A stretch of 64,000 bases of DNA from Cyanophora paradoxa CCMP329 (Eukaryota > Plantae > Glaucophyta). This document shows, in pieces, positions 11,389-24,307 of the stretch. The notes under the pieces were generated by a model. It searched no databases. It had not been told where the DNA came from and saw only the letters and a program-made list of their open reading frames with translations. The DNA lies in assembly GCA_004431415.1 (NCBI GenBank), contig QPMI01000174.1, positions 115,209 to 179,208 on the forward strand, given 5' to 3'. Made by a program: the position numbers and the translations under genes. The number at the start of each line of letters is the position of its first letter. Position 1 is the stretch's first letter.

Positions 11389-11475
11389 AACACATAAAGA
11401 AAAACAAATTAAAATCCTGGAGCGGAGCGCGTAGCGCGTAGCGGAGGGATTTTAATTTGTTTTTCTTTATGTGTT
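11389..11475. repeat. Perfect 29-bp inverted repeat (hairpin) at the virus-host junction
   Basis: AACACATAAAGAAAAACAAATTAAAATCC (11389-11417) and its exact reverse complement (11447-11475) around a 29-nt GC-rich loop. Confidence 0.95.
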
Positions 11476-14400
11476 TCGGGTGGCACGTGTACGCCTCCGC
11501 CGGCGTCCTCTCCGCCCTCGTCGGCGTCTACACCGGTGCCCCGCCCCGCCCCGCCCCCGCTCCTCGCCCCTTGGAGCGCGCGCTCCTGTGGGACACTTCC
11601 CCTTACACTGCCCACACCCGCCCAGCGGCCGGAGGCCTCGCCGTCGTCATCTACACGGAGGTCCTCCAGGCGAGCAGTCGTACCCCGCTCACCCGCCCCC
11701 CCGGCCCCCGGCCCGATCTCGGCGCCAGACGACGGTGCTGTGCATCGGGGCGCTCTCGATCCTGTTCATCGGGCTCAGCCGCGTCGGGGGCATCGAGGGC
11801 CTCTTCAACTGCCCCGAGCTCGTCCCCCGTGACTTCTTCCAGCTCGTGCGCCCCCGCCCGCCCCTCCGCGGCGCCGCCTCGTCTCCCCGCCGGCACGGGC
11901 CCCGACGCGCCCGTCTGCGGCCGCGGGGCGCAGTTCAAGCCGGCGTCGGACGCGACGTTCCCGTGGACGGGCCTGCTGCTGGCGCACCCCTTCACCATCG
12001 GGCTCTGGTACTGGTGCTCCGAGCAGTTCATCGTCCAGCGCGTCCTCTCCGGTGCCCCCGCGCCCCTCCCCCGGAGCTCGAGGCTCCTCCGACAGGGAGG
12101 AGCCGAGCCCGCCTCGCCCCGCGCTCCGATCCTCCCCCCCCTCCCCCCTCCCTCCCCCCCCCCCAGCCTCTGAGCCCGGGTGGGGCAGCGCGGAACGAGG
12201 AGCACGCGAAGCGAGGGACGGTGCTCGCTGGCTTCTTCAAGATCCTGCCCCTCTGGACCATGGTCCCTCCCCGACCCGCCGGCCCCCCGGCGGCACCCGG
12301 CGAGCGCCCTCCTCTCACCGCGCGCAGGTGCTGCCCGGGCTGATGGCGCGGGCCCTCTACAACCAGCAGATGACCGAGGCGCGCCCCGCCGGGCCCCCGC
12401 CCCCTCCGCCGCCCTCTCACGGGCGCCCCGCGGCCGGCCGCAGAGCACCAACGACGCGTACGCGCTGCTGGTCATCGACATGCTCCCGCGCGGCATGCAC
12501 GGGTCCGCTTGAGCTCCACCCGCCCCGCCCCTCCGGCCCCCCCGCCCCCGACGCCGCGTGCTGCGGGGGGGCATGCGCAGGATCATGCTGGCGGCGATGC
12601 TCTCGGCGATGATGTCCTCCCTCGCCTCCGAGTTCAACTCCGTCTCCACCATCGTCGCCGTCGACATCTGGAGTGCGCTTTCTAGTTTCCACGCACTGCT
12701 TTAACTATCTATATATACTTTCCCTTGAGCTTCGCTTGTGCACGGCCGGCGCCGCCCCGCGGACTCCGGGATATGCACGGACTGCACCGCAACTCAGCGC
12801 GCGGCTAAATATCTAATCTCCAATTTCGATTACATTAAATATTCATTGTAAGAGGAGCATGGAATCGGTTTTTCGCGCCTCAGGCGGCGCGCGCGCGCGC
12901 AGGCCGGTGGCGGCCAAAGACGTCGCAGCGGTCGCTGGTGGTGATCGGGCGCTGCGCCATCGTCGTCATGGTCATCCTCTCCATGCTCTGGATCCCGTCC
13001 GCCCTTACGCTTTAATTTCGCCCAGGCCTCCATCTCCTCTCAAGCCTCTGACGCCCCCGCCCCTCCCTCCCCCCCAGGTTCATCACGCTGCTGTACATGT
13101 CGGACTCGCTGTACGTGTACATGAACAAGATCCAGTCGAACCTCTCGCCGCCCATCGCGGCGGCCTTCCTGTGGGGCATCCTGTGGAAGGGGACGACCCC
13201 GACGGCGGCCTTCGTCTCCTTCTGCGTCGGCCTCTCCATCGGCATCCTCCGCCTCTGCCTCGAGGTCTACTTCATGACCCACGTCGTCCGCCCCGCCCCG
13301 CCCCGCCCCGCCCCGATCGCGAGCGCTAGCATTCCGTTTTGTTTTGAATTTGAGAATGTTGAGCGAGCTCGCGCGCGCTCGCAGGCGTCGGGCTTCTGGG
13401 TGATCTTCGCGGCGCCGACGGAGACGACGCCCGGGGTCAACTTCCTCCACTTCGGCGTCTGCAACATGATCCTCTGCTCCGTCATCATCCTCGTCGTCTC
13501 GCAGTACACGGACCCCCCCGACCCCGAGCGCATCAAGGGTGCCCCGGCCCCGCCCGCCCCGCGCCCGAGTCGACGCGGGACGTCGAAGCCGCTTCGAACT
13601 CGTGTCCTCGCGTAATCTCTCGGCGCAGGGATGACGTTCCAGACGAAGGACCAGGCGCCCGCCCCCAAGGCGCAGGTCTGACCCGCCCCCCGCAGGTCTG
13701 AGGGAGCGCGAGTTGAAGAGCGCGCAGGGGCGGAGGCGGAAGGGCGCGAAGCCCGTCGAGGAGTTCATGACCTTCGAGCGGGTGCGCATGCGCGCGCAGC
13801 AGATCTACAGCCGGCACCCCGGCCCCGCACGCGCGCTCGCATCCGAGCCGATCGAGGGCCCCGCGAGCGCAGTTCGACAGCGACGGCTGCGCCTTCGAGG
13901 TGGACCTCGCAATCGATCGCGAGTGCGCCCTTCCCCTCCCCCCCCACCCCCCCCCCTCCCCACCCCTACCCCCCGCCCCATGGCCATCCTCGAGCTCCCG
14001 ACCCCCTCACCCTCACCCCACCCCACCTTCCTCCCCCGCCGCTCCCCCGCCCCTAAACCCACCCCACCCCGCCTCTCCCGCCTCGGCCCCCTCTCCCCTG
14101 TCCGTCTCCACGGCCGGGGCGATGCCAGCCGGGGCCTCACCCTTGCGCGCCAGGAGGAATTCGAAGCCGGCGGACGTCGCGGCTGACGGGCCCAAGGACA
14201 AGCGCAAGGGTCCGTGAGACTGCTCCGCTGCGCAGGCGAAACGTTACAATTAATTCGGATCCTGCGGCCGCGCGCGCAGACGTCGAGGGCGAGGGGGAGG
14301 GGACGATCGCGGGGACGAAGGCAGGCGGCGGGGCCGATCGGGAGGGCAAGAAGCTCAAGCCCGGCGATGAGGGTGCGCGCTTCAGCTTCGAGGATCCCGC

Positions 14401-15749
14401 CTCGGGGCGCCCCCAGGCCTTGCCTCTAGATCTTAAGCTTGCGCCCCCCGCCCGCCTTCGAATCGGAAGCTTTAGCCCGCCACCAGCGCGCCGGCGGGGC
14501 GGGGCAGGGTGCGCGTGGCCAGAGGCCCAGGGAGCACCGCCCCCCTCCCCACGCACCACTTCGCGATCGATTTCTCGATCGCCTAGGCCTACCTAGTTTC
14601 CTGCCTTTCTCGCCTTCAAGCTTTCAGCCACGCGGACCTCGGGTTGAATCGGGGGCGGGGGCAGGCTACGTGGTGCCGGTGGACGTGGAGGCGGGGGACC
14701 CCGCCGCCGTGCTCGACCTCGAGGAGGGCGGGGAGGAGGGGCGGCCGCGGGCGGAGGCCGGCTCGCACGAGCCGCGCTCCCCCGACAAGGTCCGTCCGCA
14801 CTGTAACTAGAAGGGAGCTGCCCGGTGCGAGGAGGGAGTTGGCTGCCCGGTGCGAGGAGGGCGTTTAGATCTAGATCTTCGATTCCGTTTAGATCGAGAT
14901 CTTCGATCTAGATCTGCGTGCTAGCGCTTGGAATTCGAGCGCGGCAGTGGGGGCACTCGTACGTGCACGCGCACACGCCGAGCGCGGGCGGGGGGCCGGG
15001 CAGGAGGGCGGGGGCGATGGCGAGGCGGGGGAGCGGCCCCTCGGAGAGGCAGATGACCTCCCTATGCTCGTGCGCATGCGCCCCGTCGACGTCACAGCGT
15101 CTGCCACACGGTGCCCCCCCGCCTCTGATATTATATAAACAATCGCAGGCGCCCGAGCCGGAGCGGCAGTGGCCCGAGTGGTGGCCCAAGCTCCTCCGCA
15201 GGGAGAGCAACACGGGTCCGCGCCGCCATACCGCCGCCCGCCCGCTCCTCGCGATCGCGCCCTCGGCCGCGCTGATGGCGGCCCGGGCCGGTGGGCGCGC
15301 CGCATCGCAGGGGCCGTCGTCCTCATTGTCGCCCTCCTCGTCCAGGTGCGGCGCTCTGCTTCTAGACTCGAATTCGAATCTCGAACACCTATCTCGCTAA
15401 TATATCTTCTCTCTCTTCTTTTGAAATTAAATGGCCATGCTATGATGGGAGGATAAGATAAATAGATATCGACATCAATAAATAGATCTAGATCTAGATA
15501 TAGAATGCAGCTCGTCCATGGCTATGGGCCAGGTGCGATGCTCTGAATTTAGATGGATATCTACTAGCTATAGGCTAAATCTTGCGCGCCTGGCCGCTGC
15601 CGTCGACCTTAAGCTTCGGACGTCGTTGTCGCCTCCGACGCCGCCGCCTCCCGCCCCGCCGCCGACATCCGACGCAGTTCTTCGTCGTCGCCAACTGGTC
15701 CTACTCCGAGTCGGCCCCCTTCGTGGCGCCCGGGCCCTCCGCCCCCTGA
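11475..15749 (+). CDS. Sodium:solute symporter (SLC5/SGLT-like), multi-exon; 5' part cut off by the viral insertion
   Basis: Exons FGWHVYAS..VYT, GGLAVVIYTEVLQ, WYWCSEQFIVQRVLS, AMMSSLASEFNS, LSPPIAAAFLWGILWK and VNFLHFG; C-terminal exons after ~14800 are less certain. Confidence 0.88.
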
Positions 15750-17047
15750 GGATTTCGTGTCAGCACGCGTACGGAATTTCGATCGCGACCGTCGGACTTC
15801 GAATTCGATTGCTCCATCGCTCCAGACAGTACTAGTTTGCATTTTCAATTCATTATTCATTTTCGAATTCGACGATTGGCAGGGGCCGGGTCCCGAACTT
15901 CGGAATTGGCTATAGCGTGCACGTGATCGCGCATACGTATCATAGTATACGTATATATTACGTTGTGGTATATATCCTCATTATGATCATTTGCATTAGT
16001 CATGATCGCACTCTCTCAGAGTCTCGAGCTCAGAAGTATTTGTGTTCACGTATCCTCTTGAAGCCATCGATATCTAGATCTATAGCTATCCGATGATCTT
16101 GAAAACACTTCCCAATCTGCGGGCTAGATATCGATATCGATAGTCTGTCATCTACGTATACCTCCCAGAGTTTTTCTGTTCTGGAAGGCAAGCTTTAAGC
16201 CCAGGAAGACATAATGTGATTCAAGACCACCGGACTTGTGACCGGAGGCTTGAACAAGCTTAAGGGTCTTAGCTTCAAACCCTGTCACGAGTCTCACGAC
16301 TCACGGGCCGTACGTACGCTTTCAGAGGCCTAAACGCATGTTTTGAACTGCGAACGCGAGACTTTGAACGATCGATTCAATGCAAATCTAGATCTACGCG
16401 CGCGTACGCTCGTTTTGCTGCTCGCAGCCGGGGTATCCGGCCCCAGCTGCAGGCCAGGGGGACGCGACTCATGCATATGATCACGCGAGAGATCCCATGG
16501 CCAGGCTTTCCCAGCTGCAGCCTCACCGGCCTGCAGGCCTGGCAGGCTGCGCATGCGCATATCGCGCATGCAGCCCGGCGTCCCCGGCCTGCGGCAGCTG
16601 CAGGCTCATGATCAGCGCCGCGCGCGGCGACTACGTACTGCAGCGCTAGCTGCAGGCGGAAGCGGCACTGCAGCATGCGGGCTGCAGCGTCACGGCGTGC
16701 ATGGCACTGTACATGTACCGTTTACAATATGGCCATGGTACCGGTGAGGCGGTGACCCTTCTCTTCAAGGGCCGGGGCAACTTGGCAACGTCGACGTCGA
16801 CGTAGACGTCGGACGTCGATTAATATTGCGAGGCGCGCTCCCAACGTTCCAGACAGAACCCGCGCATGTGGCGGCTGCAGCCCAGCACTGCGGCAAAGCG
16901 CTACTAGTAGTCGCTGATCAATCCGAGTCGAACCCGCGACTCTTGCAAGCAGCTGCAGCAGGGGGTACAGCCTAGAAACAGCGGGTCTTGAAGCAGCGGC
17001 GGCGAATTCGATCGAAGGCAGCGCTTTGGGTCGGCAGGGGCATCGAA

Positions 17048-17792
17048 ATGGCTTTGCAGTCGCTCAGCTGGCAGAGCTTCCTGAAGCATCACCTGGGCGA
17101 ATGGATTGGCAGGTGCACGCCCGCTAAGGCCCAGCGCCGCGTCTCTGGGTTGCTTGGAGCTTAGGCATCCGCTTCGCTAGCCTTGAATCCCGCTCCGCCC
17201 CTGGGTTCTGCCGCGCCGGTCCCGGTCCGCTTCGGCACGCTAGCTACGGCGCGGGCGCAGCTGCAGCGAGCCGTAGGATCGCCTCTCACTGTACGCAGGT
17301 GGGACGTGTACGACGCGGAGAGCGACTGGGCGTGCAGCCAGACGCAGAAAGTCATCACGCGCTTCGAGCCGACGAGCGAGGACGTCAACGCCGTCAAGCA
17401 CGACACGCTCTTCGTCATCAACGAGAAGCAGGATTACCGTGAGGCGCGTCGTGACCGCTGAGCCAAGCCGCGGGGCCCGGCTGAACGCCGCGGCGGCGCG
17501 GCGCAGGTCTCGGAAGGCGTGTGGATGCCTTGGACGCTACGGCAGACATGCGTCGACAACACGTTCAGCTGGAGCACCGAGGCGCGTTCTCATTGCTTGC
17601 TTGACCCGCCCCGCGCGCCCGCGCGGGCGCCCGCCTCTCACAGCGGCGGGGGCGCGCGCAGCACGCGGGGACGACGTCGGTTGAGGCCGGCTTCAGGGAA
17701 GGCGACTGGAGGTTGCGCGTTGTGGTGAACTACAGCACGGCGACGCGCCTGCTCACGAGCGTGGTGCCGGCCCGCGCCCCGCCCGCCCCGCG

Positions 17793-17823
<31 letters not shown>

Positions 17824-18497
17824 CCGGCCCACCGAGCTGCGGGGTCAGATCGTGGTCCGGGAGAGGCTGAAGCACTGGCTGCTTGCCGACCTGATGGAGG
17901 AGGCCGGTCCCTGGCTCGGCGGCACCGTGCGCCCGCGCCCCGCCATCTCTAGCCTTCCCACGCGCCGGCCCCGAATCCGAAGCCGTAGCCGCCCGACCGC
18001 CCCGCCTCGCCGCGCCCCGCAGGTCAGCGAGAAGGAGCTGGACGACTTCGAGAGCTGGCACAGGGGCCTCCTCACCGTCGCCGACCCTGAGCTCCAGGTT
18101 CGTACCCCCTCCCCATCGCCCTCCGGCCCTCCTGACTTCCCTCACTCCCCCAGAGCATCCGCGACGGCGGCGCGTGCACGTTCAAGGGCTTCGAGCAGTT
18201 CGGCGTGGCGAACAAGGTGCCCAGCCCGCCTGCGCTCCGATCTTTCACCCCCCCCCCCTCCTGTACCCCGGATAATTGAATGGGGGCATCCCGGCGCAGC
18301 TTCTGTTCCTGGAGGGCCGCGCGTGGGTCTCTGCGCCCGGGGCGATACCAGACGGCCCGCTGACGGAGCCGCTGACGGTGGCCGTCGGCTGGTGGCTCCA
18401 CCGCAAGACGATGGCCGCGGTCGTCCGAACCGTAACGGGCTACGAGCAGCTCGCGAACAACGCGTTCGCCTCGCTCCACGTCGAGCGGTACGGCTAG
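17048..18497 (+). CDS. DUF3598 (cyanobacterial/BFA1-like) family protein, multi-exon
   Basis: SWQSFLKHHLGEWIG; VEAGFREGDWRLRVVVNY; IVVRERL; LLFLEG..VSAP..LTVAVGWW..VRT..SLHVERY pattern. Confidence 0.72.
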
Positions 18498-18576
18498 CTG
18501 GGCGGCGAAGCGGCATGACCAGGGACTAGTAGCACTGTACAGGAAGGCACAAAACTGGAAGCCCAGCGGGGCCGGG

Positions 18577-19382
18577 CTATCGGGGCGGGGCGGGGGCGGG
18601 GGTTGAGGCCTCTAGTTCGGTGTACATGCGGGCAACAGAGCGGAAGCCACGCGTGTCGCCGCTCCGCAGCAGGTTGCCTGCGCAGGAAGAGGCGCGTTAG
18701 AGAGCTGCGCAGGAGCGGCGGCGGAGGGGCGGGGCGAGCGCGCCAGCGTCGCAGTTCAGAGGGCTGTCGGGCTCCGGGTTGGAAAGCAGGGCGATAATGG
18801 CTCGGCAGACGGACTGCAGCGTCCACGCGGGGCTCCACGCCGTCTTGAGGATGTCCAGACAGATCTGCAGGAGGCGGAGCAGCGCATCAGCGGCGCGCCG
18901 GGGCGCGGGCGGCGCGTCGGATCGGGAGGCAGAAGGAGCGCACCTCGCCGGACTTGAAGTGGATGTTTGGGTGGAAGCACTTGGTGACGCAGCGCACCTG
19001 CGGCGGCGCCAGCGGGTAGCTCTCCGGCACGTTCATATCCATGCGGAACGTCCTGCGCGGCGCAGGGAGCGCGTGAAGATCTGCTTCGCTCCGACCCCCG
19101 GCGCGAGCACGGGCGGCAGGCGAGGCGACATCGCGCACCCGCCCTCGTACGGCGTGCCCGGCGGGCCCTGCAGGTAGGCCGTCCACTTGTAGACATTCTC
19201 GCTCTCCGGAAACAGGACCTGCGGGGCGTCGGCCGCGACGGAGGCGCGCGTCGCTCTGCAGCGGCGCACGATGTCCGGCTCCTTGTTCCGCTGCAGCTCC
19301 TTGTACTCCTTGATCAACCGGCCTGACTGTGCACGTGTGAGCGGGACATAGAGGGCGAGACAGCAGGCCTGGCCCGTACCAT
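18577..19382 (-). CDS. PEX4: Peroxisomal ubiquitin-conjugating enzyme E2 (PEX4/UBC21-like)
   Basis: Spliced sequence RLIKEYKE..GPPGTPYEGG..YPLAPP..FHPNIHFKSGEICLDILKTAWSPAWTLQSVCRAIIALL..DSPLNCDAGNLLRSGD. Confidence 0.88.
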
Positions 19383-20926
19383 GCTGCTGAATTCTGTACG
19401 CCCCCCCCCCCCCCCGGGGCCCCCGGCCCTTCGAATTCGAATTCCCTTAAGCTTGATCATGAGTCCCCTCAGAATCCCCTGAGAATCCCCTCCCGCAGCT
19501 GCAGCTGCGCATGCTGGGCTGCAGATGATCATGATCATGATCATGAGCTGCACCTCAGCTGCACCTCAGCAAGCTGCAGCTAGAGCTGCAGCTAGAGCTT
19601 GAGCTCCGCGGGGCGGCCGGGCTCCGGGCCGGGATCCTGAAGCTGATCATGAGCTCGAGCGACGCACGGCCGAGCGACTGGCGCCGGCTGCGGCTTAATT
19701 ATAAGCTTGCCCTCGCGCGCGCGCGCGTCGACGTCGTCGTGCAGCGCTGCTTAAGGCGCACCGAATTCGATCGCGCGCGTTCTACCGCCACTGGCGCTGC
19801 CCCGGGACGGGCCGCTCTGGTACATGGCCATGTTTCACCTTCCACCTCCGCGGCCGGCGCACCCATGGGCCACCCTCGCGATCGCGCCCCCGCGCGAGCT
19901 CCCCCGGCGCGGCCCCGAGGGTGGCGTCGACGTACGCGTTGCTGCACGCGGCGGCTGCGCTGCGGCGCTTGAGCCTCCTCTTGCCGGGGCCTGCGTGGGC
20001 GTGCTCGTCGGGGGCATCCCGCCCGACTATGGCCAATGCGAAGCCTGTCACAGTGTGCCTATAGCTAGGCGGCCTCGGACGTCCGAGGTCGCCAGTGATC
20101 ATGAGATCTAGCTATAGATATCTCCGGCCCCGCCCTCGTTACGGCCCGGCCCCGCCCCCCCGCTCCCCTGCCCGCCCTCCGCCACTTGATGATCAGCCTC
20201 TGCGCATGCGTCTTCGAGGCCCGCCCGCCCACCAGCCCGCGCGCCCGCGCGCCCGCCCGCCCCAGCTGCACTGCGGCAGGCGAGCGGCTGATCATGAGCG
20301 GGTCGCAGGCGGGGTCGCAGGCGGGCTCAGAGGCTAGAGTTTCCCGAGCCGGCGCGCTGGCATGGCTCCGGCGCGCCCTCCGGCCCCGCCTCGCGATCGC
20401 CGGCTCCGACTCCGGGATCCAAGACCTTCGACGACGCCGGTGCGCTGTAACCCCCAACCGCTTCTGCCGCGCATCGAGCTCGAGCCGCCCGGCAGCCACG
20501 CGCCCTCCTGCGGATCCGGGCGCGCTTCGCGGGCGTCAAGTGGCGTGGCTCTCGTTGCGGGGCGAGGGCGCCAGGCGTCCTCTTCTTCTCTGCCGCCCCG
20601 CCTCACAGTCTCGATCTGCACGCCGACTTCTCGTACGCTCTGGAGGCCCACCCCCACGCCTCCTTCCAAACAGCCTTCCCCCGCGCCCTCTGCCCGCCCG
20701 CCGCGGCCGCCCCCTTTGCCCGCTCCGACACCGTCACGATCGCACTTTCCTCGCAGTTTCCGCGGCTGCAGCTGCGGTGGCTGCGCATCGGAGCGCCCCG
20801 GCGAGCGGGTGGCGCCGGCTGCGGAACGCCTCGGCGATCGCACGAAATCATGGTAAATTTAAAAGCGTTAGCCAATAGATCCGATCCGAGCCGTCCTGAA
20901 TCGGAGCTAACTAGCTGGCTGGCTGG

Positions 20927-22485
20927 CTAGGGGAGGGCGACGACGTAGGCGTTCCACATGTCGCTCTGGTCGGCGGCCCGCCGCTCCGCGTACTCCGCCT
21001 CCCGCTCCCCCGCCGGGTCGATCTCCGCGAACCTTCCGAATCGGGCACCATGAGTTCAAGAATGAGGGAAGAGGATGGCGAGTGGGTGGGTGGTGGAGGT
21101 GGTGGTGGTGGTGGGGGGGGGATGGGGCCGGGGGGGGTTGAGGGGGGGGGGGGTTGTGAGGAGAGTGGGAAGGGGGAAAGAAAAGGGGTACCAGACGCGG
21201 ACATCGGAGAATCCGACGTCGAGGAGGGCGTCCCGCAGCTCGGGGAGGGACCAGACCCGCCTGGGGTGGGGAACGCCGCGACATCAGCGGGGAGGGGTAC
21301 GCAGATTAGGACGAGAGGCCGCAGGCACCAGCCGTACGTGAAGGCATTCTTAATTCGGCTTCCGTCGGGGAACTGCGCGGGGGTTACGGGGTCAGGACGT
21401 GCTCCGTGGGGGCGGGTTCGAATCCGGAGCGGACCTTGAAGTGGATCGCCATGGCGGCCTCGTGCGTGATCGCGTCGAATCGCGACGTCTCCCACACGTA
21501 CTGCGGGGCCCGTCCTCAGAACGGGGTACAGCAATTCGCTTTGCGTCGCTTTTGCAGGGGGGATCACACCGTGAAGGTGTCGAACTTCTTCGAGTACTGG
21601 GTCTTCTTGTACCCCTCGATGCCCCCGTACAGGTCGAGGAAGAAGACGCCGCCCTCGGCGAGGCCGCTCCTCGCCGCTTTCAGGTACCCCAGCAGCGCCG
21701 CGCGCGTCTTGAAGAGGCACGCGCTGCGAAGGGGATCGGTCGCGGTGAGGGGGAGGGGGGGGGAAGGAGCTCGCGCGGGGTACGGGCGGACCTGTAGTTG
21801 AAGGCGCAGAGCAGGTCGGCCTTTGGCAGCTCGCGGAGCCGCTCTGTATCGCACACGTCGCTGCATAGGAGCGTGACGCGCTCCGCGGGGGGGCCCAGCG
21901 GTAGCAGATTGTACTCCCTGCGCGGAGCTCGGCGGGGCGGCGCGGTCGCCGGGCGCGGAGGTCAGCGAAGCGCTCGCCTGCCCCACGCGAGCGTCTCCTC
22001 GTCCAGGTCGACGCCGACCGCCACCCGCTCCACGTCGCCCCGCACCCACTCCGCGCACAGGAGTGCCTGCGGCCGCCTCGCGCCGGCGCACTGGGCGCGC
22101 TGTGAGAGCGCCGGCGGCCCGCACCGTCCCGCAGAAGTCTTCTCTCAACACCTTTGGGCTGCGCGCACGGGCCGGAGCGCGTGAGAAGCGGCGGGCCGGG
22201 GCCAAGAATTCGAAGCGGCTAGCTATAGGGTGCGGCGCGGCGCGGAGCGCACTTGCGATTCCGGAACTGGCGGAAACACTTCAGCATGAACTGCATGTCG
22301 GCCTTGGGGTTCTGCACGCTGATTTGATACAGCTGGTGCCGGTCGGCTTCGCCGCCGGCGATCAGCGCGGCGGCAACGCGCTAGCGCTCTGCGCGAAGAG
22401 TACCCTTCGCGGCGAGCGAGTCCTCTGGCCTCCTTTTGCTCTTCTTCACCTTCTCCTGCTTCGCGCCGCCGTCGCCGTCCGCCAT
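20927..22485 (-). CDS. Class I SAM-dependent methyltransferase (plant/bacterial LYQxSVQxP...EDFCGT family)
   Basis: LYQISVQNP, LREDFCGT, GVDLD, CAFNYS, GGVFFLDLYGG, RVWSLPEL, WNAYVVA. Confidence 0.85.
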
Positions 22486-22809
22486 GTTTTCGATCCTCGT
22501 GCCTCGTGTTCCGATCAGTAGAGCCTCGGAAGCGGCCTGAGCGCTGCAGCGTGGGCTGGGCTTGTGGCTGCTGTGTGTGACGCGGCTTGTGACCCGCTTG
22601 CGGCTTGTCGCGGGTCCGGGTACGGGATTGTAGAGCGCAAGGCTCGGATTCCTGTAGACCGTCCGGCCCGCCGCTCTCGCATCGGCAAGGTCTTTTAGCT
22701 CCAGCAGAGCTCCCCCGAATCGAATCTCACCAGCGAAAAGCATCGGCTAGTCGGCTGCGCCTCGTTTTCTTTTGGCCGCGGCTCCGTGGGCCGCGGCTCT
22801 CTCGCCGAC

Positions 22810-24307
22810 ATGCCGAAGCCGTACTGCAAGGAGGAAAACTACCATCTGGTGAAGCACCACACGGGCGGCCTGGTCGACCGCGCCTACCCGGTGTGCTGCC
22901 CCAAGGAGGCGACTTACAGCAAGCACCATGTGTGCATCCAGGAGTCCGGCGGGCTCTTCGGGGTCATCGGCAAGCACCACGTCGCCCACGGGCGGGCGCA
23001 CCCAGTGCAGATGGCGTATAGGTCCGAGTGTTGCGGGGCCGTCCGCGGTCGCGTCGCCGCCGACGCCGCCGCGCAGCTCGGAGGACAAGTTGAAGTGCCT
23101 AGACCCGTCGTACCGCCTCGTCTCGCACCACAAGGCCGGCGACAACACCTTCTTCAACCAGGTCCCAAGCACCCGCGCCGCGGCCTCGCGCGCCGCCGAC
23201 GCCCCCGCTCAGATGAAGGAGAAGTTTACACACCTATTCGGGCACGGAATGAGCGGCAGCGAGAAGGCACGCCCGTCCGGCCGCCGCTGCTGTGCCGCTC
23301 CGCCCGCTGACCCGACCGGCGCAGGTCTGCTGCCCGTCGCTGGCGCCGTACGCGTACGACGGGAAGTGCTTCGCCGAGAAGGCGAGCGCGCGCGCGCGCG
23401 CGCGCGAGCGAGCCCTCCCTCCGCCGGGCCGCCCCGCTGGCTGACGCGGCGAGCAGACGGGCCTCTTCGTGAAGGACTACGCGCGGCCGTGGGTGGACGT
23501 GCACGGGCGCCCGCTCGCCCCGGTGATGCCCGTGCCCAACAGCCCCGACGAGCTCAAGAAGTTCGGCATCGGCGTCAAGAAGGCCGCCCACAAACCGGCC
23601 GCCCACGCCCCGAGGCCGGGCTCCCCGACGCAGGAGAAGGCCGCCGCGCCGGCGGCCAAGCCCGCCGCCGCGCCCGCCGACAAGGCCGCGGCACCCGTAG
23701 CGAAGCCGGCCGCCGCTTCGGCGCAGCCCGAGAAGGCTGCAGCGGCGGCGTCCGCCCCCGCCATCTCCACCGCCGTCGTACCCCCCGCCGCCTCCTCCTC
23801 CTCCTCCTCCACCTCCGCCGCCGCCGCCGCCGCCCCGGCGCCGCCCTCCGCCTCCTCGGCGTCCCCCGCCGCCCCCGCGGCCTCTGCCCCCGCCCCCGCT
23901 CCCGCCCCCGCCGCGGGCTCGGGCGGCGCGCCCTCCAAGGCGCCCGCGAAGCTGGTCGACGAGGGGGAGTCCGGGGAGCCCCTCCGCTCCGCCTACCGCT
24001 TCGACGAGCCGGTCCGCGCTTCCTCTCCCCCTTCCCCCCCTTCCCCCCGAAGGGACTTGAGGAGTCGGCTGAAGGGGGCGCAGCACGCGCTGGAGGACGA
24101 CGAGGAGGTGGCGGCGGGGGGCTGGGACGCGGCCGGCCCGAGCGGCGAGGCCAACGCCGCCGAGTGCGCGCAGCCTCGCGCCTCCTCCGCCCGCGCGCCC
24201 TCCTGACGCGCGGGGGGCGCGCGCCCAGGTACGAGTCCGAGGGCGCCCCGCAGTGGTCCATGGCCTGCGAGGCCGGCTCCTGGGAGCAGGCGAGCGTCGA
24301 CATCTGA
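22810..24307 (+). CDS. Hypothetical protein: Cys/His-rich N-terminus and Ala/Pro-rich tail
   Basis: Exon-like segments joined by plausible introns; two VCCP motifs. Confidence 0.6.

Larger units (their letters stand above)
5163..11475. mobile_element. Endogenous small dsDNA virus (Polinton-like / NCLDV-dwarf-like), right-hand portion with the morphogenesis module
   Basis: Sharp AT-rich island, intronless tightly packed genes (ATPase, MCP, two pentons), repeat-rich terminus, abrupt junction with a GC-rich host exon at ~11475. Confidence 0.92.
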
